Shown piece after piece: positions 1-11,690 of a stretch of 64,000 nucleotides of DNA (positions within the stretch are counted from its first letter, which is position 1; every line of letters starts with the position of its first letter). A program made the translations under genes and the position numbers. Location of the stretch: NCBI RefSeq assembly GCF_036321535.1, contig NC_087437.1:119724001-119788000 (forward strand). The letters run 5' to 3'. A model generated the notes under the pieces. It did not search any database, was not told the origin of the DNA, and saw only the letters and a program-made list of their open reading frames with translations. The stretch comes from Camelus dromedarius (Eukaryota).

Positions 1-365
1 GTGACAGCACAGAAGAGATACCACAGCCAATAAATTGCATTTATTACTGAGTTACATGAGTCTGGTTTCAGAAAGATTTCAGTTTTAAGGATGAAAAACT
101 AACGATTTCAACCATAGGAGTTAATAGGGGAACTAGAAAACGTAGCTGCCTGGAGGAGCCCAGGGCCCGGCCTTCCTGTGACCGCGGTGAGTGCCAAGGT
201 CATCAGTGTAGGCTGTTGGGGGACTGTCCCCCTGTGGTGAGCAGGGCAGATTCAGCCGACGGGGCGAAGAGCCTCCTCGTGCACGGCCAGAACTTCCCCG
301 GCTCCGTGCTGTCTGGGAGAAGATGGGTGAGCGTGTGCTAAGGTTTGGTAGAGAGGACATGAGTC

Positions 366-685
366 CAGTTGTCCCTTGGTTTCTGTGGGAGTTGGTTCTG
401 TGCCCACCCACCCCCACCTTGGCAGGTACCTAAATCAAAGCACGCTCGATCCCCTTATGTAAATGGTGTTGCATTTGCACGTAACTTACACACATCCTCC
501 CATGTACTTGAAATCTCTAGATTACTTACAACACCTAATGCAGCGCAAAAGCTGTGTAAGTGGCTGTTGGTGTGTGGCAAGTTCAAGTTGTGACTCTGGA
601 GTTCTCTGGAGTTTCTGTCCAAGTATTTTCCGTCCATGGTTGGTTCAATCCAGATGCAGACCCCGAGGGTACAGAGGCCCCACTG
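366..685 (+). mobile_element. MER2B-like TcMar-Tigger non-autonomous DNA transposon, near full length
   Basis: Starts CAGTTGTCCCTTGG and ends GAGGCCCCACTG followed by TA. The interior (cacatcctcccatgtacttgaaatctctagattactt; ggcaagttcaagttgtg; ggttggttcaatcc) matches my recollection of MER2/MER2B. Confidence 0.75.
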
Positions 686-3600
686 TAGTTACACCTCCCT
701 CCAGGCTGTCAACATAGTGCTTAAAGCAAAAGCACCCTCTCTTCACAGATCATCAAACACAGGCCCAGAGGGAGCTGTAGAGCACGGCCCCTTGGTGTGT
801 GACCCCTTGGTGTGTGACGCGTGTTCCGCCACACCACACCTGGGCTGAAAGGGCCTGAGCCTTGCTGGAGGCCTCATACACATTTCCAGCCTGCATGCGA
901 CACGTGTCTGCACCAGCTCCACTGAGGGGGTGACTCCTTACTTGGTCAGCTTCCTGCTTCCATGTCCCTGAGCTGCTGCTCACCTGTGGGCTTAGGACTT
1001 GGAGGAATTTGCAGCAGACAGGCTCAGGCGACAAGTTAGCCGCAGAGGGGAGCTCAGCTGCCAGAACGCTTGGCCAATGGGAGAGTAAGCCCCTGCCAGC
1101 GCCCTCCACTGCCCTGCCAGAGTTCGGGTCCAGCTACTCCCAGAGACACTCAGGCATTTTCTCAGTGACCACTCCCCTAACTGCAGTACAGAAAACGAGC
1201 AGGAAAGCTCTCCACTGGGAAACACTGCCAAGGGGTCTGGAAGCAGGGACAACTGCCCACCTGTCTTGTACACATAGTTTGCTCAGGGCCACCCTTGTAC
1301 ACAGGCAGTTGCCTTGGTGTTATCTCGCGATATTTGCAAAGCAGCTCTCTCCCAGATGCGTCCTAACTTAGGCATCACAGGCTCTAACATCCTACCACTA
1401 ACAAGCCTTTGCCTCGGCTGAGCACAGCTTTCTGCCTTTTCTCTTTACATTAATATTTATTTTTATTCTACTTGGAAATATACAACTTTGTCCCTTCTGC
1501 ACCTCATCTCACAGCCCAGAGGCAACTGCTTTCCACTCCTAGTCTCTTCTCCATGTTTCTAAAGACTGTGAGTTACTGCGATTTTTGGTCCATTTAGCCC
1601 TCTTCTATGCCCGCTCCTTTTGGAGATGTGACCCCGCTCTCTGACACCCCCTCCCACTTCCCCTGTGGGAGATTCTAAGTGCTGTTCCAGGCTGCTGCCT
1701 GGGCCCTTGGCATCCGGGCAGAGAGCCGTTGGGGGGACCGAGTTTCATAAATGAGTCAACCAGAGTCAAATCAAGAGATCTGCAGCCTGAGGCAGCCCGT
1801 GGTCTGGCCACCTCCTCTCTGGGCCCCTGGGGACCCAGCAGGCCTGCCCCCGCATCCTTGATGGCATGTGGCTCCTTGGCGCGGGGACTCTGGTCTGCCT
1901 GGGATACAGGACGCACTCACGGTAGGAGGCTCTTCGCCCTGCTCGTTTTCAACATTAGTGAATGAAGGCAAAACTCCCTCACTTGCAGGGTGAGCGCCGC
2001 ATAGTGCTAGAGTTCTTGCTTTTTGATCAGTGGAGATGGAATGAGGCTCCTCTTCTCCATGGTAAGTAACCGTGTTCTGATGTTACCTTTCCTTATCTCT
2101 CGAATCACATTTCATGCTTTTATGCTTTCTAAGCTTGAGGCATTTTCTTGAGCTCTGCAGCCCAGCATCCTTAAAGCTCCCAACAGGAGACCTCAGCCCT
2201 GCCTCCGTCTCCCCAAGAAACCTCTGCTCCTGCCTGGACCACGCACCCCCCCACCCCCGCCCCCACGCGCACCTCGTGGTTTTCCTGCAAAGACGGAGCT
2301 TCTTGGCCAAAGGTCCTTTTTTTCAATCTTATTTCTCATTGCAACCCCTGCTCCTAGCACAGAGCTCCTTCTGCACATAATAGGTTCTTATTCTTGGCAC
2401 CTCTTTTCCAATAGGTGTCAGAGTTGACGCTTTTGTAAGACCAGGGAAAAGGAGTGACTCTTCCCTGCAAGTTGGGGGCTAGCAAAAAGCTGACCCTCTC
2501 AGCTGGCACTGCCCACCTGTTTGTCCTCTGTCGGCGCCCCCAGGGCTCACAGACACACTGGCACCACCTTGCTGATTGGCACAGAGAGAAGTTCATTATC
2601 CCCTCGCCTTCCTCTCATCTCTGGGCAGTACCTGCTGCCCTCCCCCTAGGTTCTCAGCCATTACCCTGACTCCTCTCCACTTCCCTCGGACACCCGCCTC
2701 TTCACTTCAGCCACTGACTCTTCCTTCTGCAACAAAGGGAAGATGCCTAAGAACTCTCACCTCATGCCTTCCCACCTACAGACTCGTTGCAGCCACATCT
2801 GCCCTTCCCGCCCTCCCTGCTCCAGCCTGAGGCTCTTTCCTCCTCATGTATTTTGGATTCCTTGTCTTTCTGCCTCTGAAGGGACATGTGTCATTTAAGC
2901 ACACGGCTGCCTTCCTGGGCGCGCCCACTCGCATCCTCTCTGCTGCTTCTTCAGGACCTGGGTCTCCTGGGACAAGTGGCTGAATCCAGGTCTGGGGCAG
3001 GAGACGAATGGGATGAGCTCGGGACAGCCTGTCACACTAGAAAGCAAGGACACTATCACAGGTGCCAGGTCCACGTCGGAAGGACTCAGGAGCCAATTAG
3101 AAGAGCCTCCCACTGGCCAAAGACGGGCAGATGCGACTCAGTTGGGGGAGTAACTGGAGTGGATCGAAACCCAGCAACTGTGACTCAGGCCACTAGGGCA
3201 GAGGCCAAAAAAGCAAAACAGGAGTGCACTGTTGACCTTTGAAGATAGTGGAAAACCAGCTCATCATTTTGAAAAGTGGCAAAAAAAAAAAAGTAATTCC
3301 GTACTTACCTCGCCTTTCCAATATGAAGTGTACCTCAGCTAACTAAATCGCTGGTAGAAGAGGTTTCTCTTTAGGGCAGCGTGCGAGCAAGTAAATAAAA
3401 AAGAAACCATGGGACTACGGTGCCACGGGTTCACGGCTTCTGCCAGTTCTGCTTCTGAAGAGTTAACAAGCTTAGGCAGCTGACGTCTAATGCCGCAGAA
3501 GACGACCACTGCCTCGGGTCAACCCGAATCCGGCCGAGCCTCTGGACCTTGCTGCCAGTTTTAGGAAATACAGGGGGCAAAAGGATATGTTTGACCATGT

Positions 3601-3849
3601 CATTAAGATGGAGTCAGCGCAACGCAGAGTGTAAGAAGCTCTGTGGGGAAAACGGCCTGGCCTCTGCGACGACAGAGATGCGGGTGGACCTCCAGAGGGA
3701 GAGGCCCAGGAGACACGTGCGCCGCACAGGTGTGGGCCGTCTGGGTCCGCATCTGAAAACAAACAGAGAACATGGAGAGCCCACTTACAGGACAGTCGGG
3801 GAGGCAGGAACATGGGCTGGGCATGCGATGCTCTTCTGGAGTTTTCTTG

Positions 3850-4105
3850 TTTGGGGGAGCCCTGACGACGGTACAGTGATCGCGTTTGGAACTGTATCTT
3901 TTAGAGATACACACTGAAACTTTACAGATGAAATACTATGGGATTTTCTGCAAAATAATCATAGGGCAGGAGGTGGGTCCAAACAGACAGGAAACAAAAC
4001 TGGCCATGCATGCTCACTGATGAAGCCGGGCGATGGACACCTGGGGCTTCACCATAGTGTTCTCTCGATTTCTGTACATGCTTGAAAATGTCAGACATTT
4101 AAAAA
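3850..4105 (+). mobile_element. Old L1 (L1MC/L1ME-like) 3' end
   Basis: gatacacactgaaactttacagatgaaat ... ttctgtacatgcttgaaaat ... ttaaaa resembles ancient L1 3'UTR ends. Confidence 0.6.
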
Positions 4106-4269
4106 TATCTTTCCTCCTCCCTGAGTCCCTCTCCAGCTTTGGGCCCCTCGCTTCCCCGGGCACAGCCAGCCTTCCTGAACTGGTTTTCTGTTCTGTGTGG
4201 CTTCCTCTTCCTCATGGGACCCCAGTGGTCTGCCATGGGACCCCAGTGGTCTGCCCGCCCACCCCAGCC

Positions 4270-4900
4270 CACACCCATGGAAGCTTCAGTCATGATCTCC
4301 AGGGTGAAGCCAGTAGACCCTGACTGCTTTGCAGCCTCCAGCTCCACAGCCACTCGCCTTGTTCCAGAAGCACTGCCTTCCTTGGGGTTCCTGGACATCA
4401 CACTTTTCTGGATTTTCCCTCTGCTCCATCCATAGCTTCCAGCCCCTCCTCCCTGCCCAGCCCTTAAACGTTGGCACCCCTGGGGGTTCAGCCCTAGTCT
4501 CCTGCCTGGGCAAGCTTTCTACCCTCCAGCTGCCAACCGCTGTCTGTACCAGGCCCCCTCACCAACCTAGGATTCTTCCAGAGACTCCAGACCCACACAC
4601 CCCCCAGTCAGCATAGCCACTGAGAGGTCCCACGGGAACCGAATGCTCAGTGAGTGTGAATTAATCCTTTGCCCCGCTCTGCCCCTCAACTCTGTGTGCC
4701 CTCTGTCTGCTCCTTCTTTCCATGAAGACCCACCATCCACTTAGCTGCCCAAGCCTGGGTGTCATCCCGCCTCCTCCCTCTCTCTCACCGCCTTTCTCTC
4801 ACCTCTCAGGCCTTCCTCAGATCTATGCTCCCGGACAGCGCTCTCTCAGGCCTGGATTGCTGCCAGAGCCCTCGGCCCTCCCCTCCCCACTTTCCCTGCA
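4270..4900 (+). mobile_element. Degraded L2 LINE fragment
   Basis: CT-rich tract with L2-like motifs (cttggggttcctggacatcacacttttctggattttcc; ccttaaacgttggcacccctgggggttcag). Boundaries are approximate. Confidence 0.5.
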
Positions 4901-5447
4901 CCGTCACCGCTCCCCAGACCCGCCTCCCTGCAGGCGTCGTGGGCGTTTGTACACGTGATGGTACCTCCGCGCCGACCACGTCCCTTCTCTTCCCCATGCT
5001 CTTGGCCAGCTCCTGGTATGCTCCTGAGACGTCACCTCCTGTGACCATCCAGTCTGGGCCAGGTGACCCTCTGTTGCACTCCACATGTCCGCATCGTAAC
5101 GTGTAACACAGCGTAGTGACTGCTGGTTAGCTGTCTGACGTCTCCGCCCGCTGGAAGCACTGTGCGGGGAAGGGGCACGCCTGTGCCGGTACTGCCCTGT
5201 GTCGGCGGGGCTCCCTTGGCCTCCGCCTCCCTCCTCGACTGGACCAGTCAGAGGGCAGGAGGAGAGGTCGGGCTGCTTATCCCAGGGGGCCACAGTCTGA
5301 CAGCAGCTGCTCCTCTGCCAAAGGCCCACTCCCGTCCCACGGTTCCCTCCTGCGGCCTCAGCACTCCGAGTTCCCGTAACGGCTCACTGCCCTGGCCTCT
5401 TCAGGCCTGGGTGCCTTCCCTACCACCTTCTCGAACATATATCGCCT

Positions 5448-5909
5448 TGTAGGGTTAAATAATGGCCCCCTCCTGCCCCACAAATGCGTGTCCTTCCCAG
5501 AACCTCAGAATGTGACCTTATTTGGGATAGGGGCATTGCAGGTGTAATTAGTTCAGTTGAGGTCCTCCTGGAGTAGGGTGCACCCTCAATCCAGCATGAC
5601 TGGTGTCCTTGTAAGAGGAGACACACAGACACACAGACGCACGGAGAGAAGACGTGTGAACACAGACATGCAGGGAGAAGGCCGGAGAGCAGCAGAAGCA
5701 GACGCGAGCGAGGCGTCTGCAGGCTAGGGGACGCCACGGACCGGCAGCAGCACCAGGAGCGGGGAGAGGGGCACGGAGCACAGTCTTCCCGGAGCCCCCG
5801 GCACGGCCCTGCCACCACCCTGGCCTCCACCGCTGTGAGACCGTACATTTCCACTGTCTGAAGTCACCTGGTTTGAGGCGCTGGTTACAGCCGCCCCAGG
5901 CAGTGAACA
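5448..5909 (+). mobile_element. MLT1 (ERVL-MaLR) solo LTR
   Basis: TG...CA ends; diagnostic gaacctcagaatgtgaccttatttgg, gtaattagtt and gactggtgtccttgtaagagg. Confidence 0.8.
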
Positions 5910-8299
5910 GAAGTTGCGTCCCCATGCTCACGTCACTTTCCCTTCGAGGGGACCAGCCTGTTCTTCACGAGCCTTTTGCTCGATGAACTGTTCAAAGGCA
6001 AGGCCCCTGCTGACTTTAAGGCTCAGTGCCTGGCACGGTCTGGCCCTCGTTGGCCCCCAGTACACATCTGCCAGATAAGAGTGTTTGTGCCTTTCATTTG
6101 GTCTACTTCGCTTTTTCTGAAATAAAATAAATTCAGAGCAAGCATAGAAGTTTCAGGATAAAGCAGAGGCCCGCCCAGGCAGGTGTGCGCAGCTGGCAGC
6201 CCCAGGTCTGGGCCCCCTGGGCTCATCTCTCTGGAAGCCTGGCCAGCACTCTGTCCACGGCTGCCTGAGGGCACGCCACCACTGGCCCGCATGCTTGTCG
6301 TGAGTTTGCGGTACTGGATGTGAAAAGCTCCACAGGACTGGAAATGCATTTGATTCTCACAGGAAATGTCAATATTACATGTCGGAAGAAAAAGAAGAGT
6401 GTCAGATTCCTAAATATTTCAGCTGTTGTGAAATGTGTGTGATTGAAAAAAACGGCTTTCAAGTTTTCTACCTGCACAAAGACAGTGTCTCGATGGTGAC
6501 GTCCCCGCTGTCCCCTCCGTCCTGAGCTTGTGTGCAGCCGTTTCCAGCATAACTACCTTGTATGTTTGTCTTACAAACATACAAAGCACTCACAAGGTTT
6601 CATCTCAAAACGGGGACCATTTCAATTGGAAGTTTCGTACAAAATTACTATCTCCCCTAACATATTTTTAATTATTTCTTATAATCATACAAAAGGTTAA
6701 TATAAAAATATTATTATTTTCTAAAAGGTTGATATTTTCATCTTTATAAAATTAAAAGATGAATTTTTTCAGCAAATATTATATAGACCACCTCAGGACC
6801 CTCTGGTCTTCCCCAGTGGGCCATGCAGAGGTCGCCGTTTCCTAGGTGAGAAATGGGGTGGAAACGTGGGGTACCCTGTGCTTTGTCCTTCCACGCCTGT
6901 CCATGCAGTTGGCCAGTGTAGATGAGCACCTCCCGATCGGGGCAGGACCCCGAGAACCCCTCCAGGCCCAGGCTAAGGGCCAAGAGAAAGGTTTGGAAAT
7001 AAGTAGTCCTAGTTCACTGTGGGAAGTCGGGATGAAGAGGTTTCTGCAGTGCCCTGGAAACGCGGTGAAAATTGCCTGAGAGAACAGAGAAGTATTTGGC
7101 CTGGGTCTCCAAATTTGAGCTCATGAGGAGAGGCTGGGGTCAGGAGGGCCAAGGCAGAGATACCAACTCAGTGTGCAAGAAAGCACGTGTCTTAGAAACT
7201 AACGTGCTGTCCTGAGCTTCTGTCATGAAGCCAAGAGTGGGTTCAGGTGTTGTTCTCTAGCTGCTAAGGACTGGGGCTCATTCCTGATCCAGTGGGGGCT
7301 CTTGAAAGGTTTTCATCAGGAACGACAGGTCTGTCTGCTCTAGGAGGGCAGCTGAAGGCCCTGGAACGGTGGTTACCTGAGGGAGAGCTCAGAAGAGGGG
7401 AGGCTGATGCACAAGTTCAGGGTGGGAAGAGGAGCCCGAGCAGAGTCCCTGCCAAGTGCCAGAGCAGGGCTAGGCAGGTTCTGATCACCAGGAATGGAGA
7501 GTGAGGAAAGGGAGGAGGGCTACCTGAAAGAGGAGGCCTGGGGAGAGAGCTCGCCAAGGGGAGGGAGAAGTCAGGAGGGAGAAGTCAGGAGGCTCAGGCC
7601 GCTCCCCTTGTAGGATTTCCTGTGGCTGAGCTCAGGGCTACAGGGAGGCCCGCTGGTCTCCCTCCTGCATGGAGAACGCTTCTCAGAAGCCCGAAGAAGC
7701 GGTGCCTTAGACATCCAACTTGCCAACGGAAAAGGATAGCAGGGTGTTTGCAAAACAGAGCAGGGCCCTTAGGGGCCCTGAGAGGCCTGGCGGGGAAGCC
7801 CGGTACCCGCTGGGATGCTGAGGCATGCGCTCCTGCAGACCGCTCTCCAGTTTTAACTTGGAGCGGGCAGCGCGGGGGGTGGGGTGCAGTTCTTTCTGGA
7901 ATTTATTCTGCAGAATGTTTCCGCCTCACTTGTTACTTGGAGGGAAGTACTGTCCTGGGAGCTGGGCACCTGGGCTGGGTTTGGATGCCGTATCTACTGT
8001 GGGTGCTCTGCAGATACCCCAGGAGAGGAATCAGGCTTGGAGGGGTGCCGGTGCACAGGGTTAGTTTTTGGCAAGAACTGAGCATAGCATTCAGAGAACA
8101 CTTTCTGGGGTGAAATGGGAACTGTTACTGCACCAGGAAGGGTTCTTCCAGTTCAGGTGACCAGAGCCGGCTGCGGTTCTCCAGCATGGCCACGTGAGCT
8201 GTGTGTGTCGCACACATGAAAGTGTGCAGAGATGGTCCGCTTAGCCTATCGTGGGCCCCGTTTTTCAGTTAATAGAGTGTTAGTCTCATGAGCCTGACC

Positions 8300-9420
8300 C
8301 CTAAGAAGAATAAAGTCCTGGAGGCCGAGGCAGACGCCCCTTAGCGCAGGTCCCTTCCCGGGAAGCATCGCAGTGCCGCTGTTGGGAGGGACCTACCTTG
8401 AGGACAAAGCGCCGTTGGGGAGCTCCCCTTTGGGCAGTGGCGAACATGCCAGTCCGCCCCGGGCACCCGCAGGCAGGTGCGGGGACGGGGACCGCGGGGA
8501 AGACTCCCGAGCGGCGATGGCCTGGAGACCCAACAGCCGGCGAGCGGGCCGCGCCGCTCCGCGTGGGGGCGCCCCGTCCCGGCGTCCCCGGGCTGCCTGG
8601 GACCCTGGGCGCGCTCCGGGGCCGCGGGAGGACCGGGGAGGGGACGCGCCGGGGACGGGCCGGAGGGGGAGGGGCCGAGCCGCCGCCCGGCCGGGCGCCC
8701 CGCGGGCCGCAGGGAAGTGAAAGGGCCGGCGGGGCCTGGGCGCGCCGCCCCAGGAAGTCGCGAGCAGGAAGCGCCCGCGGCGGCCGGGCCGGGCGGCGGT
8801 GTGCGGGCCTGGGCGGCGCAGGTGAGGCGCGGGGACCGGGACGGGGCGGGGGACGCGGCGGCGCGGACACCGCTCCGCGCCTGCCGGGCGGCCGGGCCCG
8901 GGCGCCGGGGCCGCGCAGCACCTGCCACCGCGGGCGGCGGGCGGGGATGCCGTGGGGCGGCCTTCTGCGGGCTGCTGGCCCGTCTTTGTGCTCGTCGTGG
9001 GCCGGGGCCGGGGCCGGGGCGGTCCCGCGCTCCCCTGGCTGAGGGCATCTTTGCAGCGAGGGGTCTAGAGGAGCGGCCGGGCGGCCCCAGACCCGGCAAG
9101 CGGAGGCAGGGGAGCCGGTGCCGGGCCGGCAGCCGCCCACCGGAGCCCCGGGCAGGGGCGAGCTGAGCTGTCCTGCCGGGTCCCCTCCCCAGCCCGCCCC
9201 GGCCGCGGTGACAGCGCAGCCGGGGATCTAGAGAGGCGCGGCGCGCGGTCGGCTGGGCGGCGGGGACGTGGGCGTGCCCGCCAGGTCCACCTCCGGGGAC
9301 CCGCCGGCGGGGAGGAGCCGGCGCAGGAGCCGTCCGGGCGAATCGAGCTCCGGCACCTTGGGCCTTCGGGTTGTTTGTCTGTTGCGCAGCTCATTCCCGG
9401 AGCCCGTGAGCCTCTTGGCC
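8300..9420. promoter_or_regulatory. SLC37A1: CpG island / TATA-less promoter of SLC37A1
   Basis: Very GC- and CpG-dense ~1.1 kb with many GGGCGG boxes and three ETS-type GGAAG cores at 8713-8772; lies about 4 kb upstream of the ATG exon. Confidence 0.9.
8750..8821 (+). other. SLC37A1: Probable non-coding exon 1 (TSS approximate)
   Basis: Strong donor GCAG|GTGAGG at 8821/8822 inside the CpG island, just downstream of the ETS cluster. Confidence 0.6.
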
Positions 9421-11509
9421 AACACAACTGACAGCGTCCTTCTGGATTTACAGGACTTAAAGCGTCAGAAAGTCACCCAGCCTCTGGGCACCAACCGTCA
9501 GGCTCCTTTTTCCTCCTTCTCCCAGCCTCCTGCCCTCCCTGCCTCGGCGGCCACGCTGCTGATCCTGGTGACCTGTGACCTAGGCGTGGGAACAGGACAC
9601 TGGAAAGCCCCTTACTCCACCGCCAGGTTTGAATTTCTCAAGGTGGAATTCCGAAGCCGGCCTTTCCTTGAGTCTCCCTGAGCTCACTGCCTGGAACGTG
9701 CCCACCTGCCCTTGGATTTGAATTGTGTGCCGTTGTTTGAGCTGGTAACTGGATTAGATTATTCTCCCCCGTTGCTCCTTCTTCAATGTCTTTTAAGATC
9801 AACCTTGTCAACCCAGGGCTCTAGACCTCCAGTGTTTCACCACGTAGTTTTGGAACTGCATTTGCAGGTTCTGTTTTGTGCACACCGCCTTGAGGTTCTC
9901 TTTGTTGGTGGGACAAAGTGGTACAGATGGAGGGTCCCTTTTCGTGTGTAAGCCGGGGAAGGAGGTGGTGGCTGTTGTCATTAACCTTTAATATTGCCTC
10001 GAGCCTTTAAAGCACAAACCACAGAAAGTGTTTTCTCTAGAAGGGAAGTTGTATTCTCTCTCTTTCTCTGCAAAAAGAAAAGTGCATGAGAGCTTGTTTG
10101 GGAAACATGCATCTCCCCTGCCCCTGTTGCCTCAAAGTAAGATAAGATGCACTTTTAAAGCTTTGTCTTTAAGTAGATTGTTTAAAATATGCCGGGGCTG
10201 CTTTGGTTATTTACAGCAGCGCTTCAGTTCTGGGAAGGCCCTCCCAGCGTTACTCCCATTGTTTGCTTTTGAGTCTCATTTTCTCCAGCAGGTACACGGG
10301 CACTCTTCCCCAGGCAGTGTGCGAGGGTGGGGCCATCTCCCTCTGGTCATTGCACTTTGCAGTCATACAGGTGCACGTCAGGTTGGGCTCTTTTGGAAGA
10401 TGGGTATAAAAACTGCACTTTACCGCTTGTAATAGAGATGCTCTAATGGGGTGTTTCTGAAGTTGCTCTCTTTGACGGTAGAATGAAACTGGGTATTCTG
10501 ACCCTTGTCCCTCCAGGTGAGTTCCAGGGGCACCTATTAAGAACCTTTTTTAAAAAGTCTTCTTTTTATGTGCTTGGGGTATGTGCTGAAAATAGGGTTT
10601 AAACCCAGGAATTTGCTCCAGTTCTGCTGCCCTCTATTTGCAGGAGGTGAGCCGGAGGGAGGAGGGGACTGCGGGAAACTGGACCAACCTGATTTGCCCC
10701 ACAGTGTCCAGCTGACCCAGGCCACCTGGCCTCACGGGTCTGAGGCGTGTGTCCCGCCTCTGCCTCCAGGTTCCTGTGGAGCTTGCAGGAGAGCATGGAG
10801 TCACCACTGATGACCTCAGAGGTCCTGCCCAGCTCTCGCTGGAATGATTCTCCATGGGTACCATCCAGGCTTTGGAGGGAGGGGCCTCATTAAACTGAGC
10901 TCTCAATGTCCCACATGGAAAACCATTATGTTTACACATTTTAATTGCACTCATGGTGAGAATTTATAGTACTTGAGTTCATCCATTTTACAGGGGAAAG
11001 AACTCCCATTGTTTTAAAAGGAAATTAAGATTTTTTTTTTCCTGCTGGTTTTCCGGTTTCTTCTGGATTTTTCTTAAGTTACAGATTTTACCAGAATTGA
11101 ATTGAGGTTTATTGATGAGTTGATTTAGTACATGGCAATAGAATACTTCCAGACAAGCAGTACCTAGAGAAGCAGTGTTTGGACAGAGGAAGAAATTTGA
11201 CTCTGACCATCCATTTTCAGGCAGTGTAAAATTTAGACCAAATCCTTTCCAGTCATCATCGCAAAATTATTTCTCAAAGTGTATTTAGGCCCAAACTGGA
11301 GCCCACTCATTTTGAGCAGAATATTAGTAGAATTTTTTTTAATCTAGAGATTTGAGCAAAACCAGTTTTGAAGCATTTGTGGAACTCTGTTCAGCACACG
11401 TCTTGAGCACTTGCTGTGTGCTGGGCTCTGAACCAGGGAATGGGACCGAGGCAGTCACCTGCAGTCCCGCGCCTTCTGCTCCTGAATTCTTCCTGAGGAC
11501 AAGACCAGC

Positions 11510-11690
11510 TGCTGTTCACTGAGCATGTGCTGCACACCAGGCTCTGTGCCAAGGGCTTTCTGTGGATTGTGCCTTTCATCTTTATAACAACCCTGAAGTG
11601 ACGGTGCCATCATCCCTCATTTTTAGCTTGGGCAGGTGAAGGAGCAGAAAGTTCAGGGGACATGCCTGGGGTTACCCAGCCTGGGGTTAG
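11510..11690 (-). mobile_element. MIR SINE
   Basis: actgagcatgtgctg..ccaggctctgtgccaagggcttt..acaaccctgaag..catccctcattttt resembles the antisense MIR core. Confidence 0.65.

Noticed and set aside
1..8300. Exons of the neighbouring gene RSPH1 (upstream in human)
   Set aside because: No MORN-repeat or RSPH1-like peptide was seen on either strand; it probably lies outside the window.
8301..9166. Overlapping long ORFs (214-279 aa) on both strands
   Set aside because: Low-complexity G/P/R/A translations caused by stop-codon scarcity in the CpG island; no recognisable domain.
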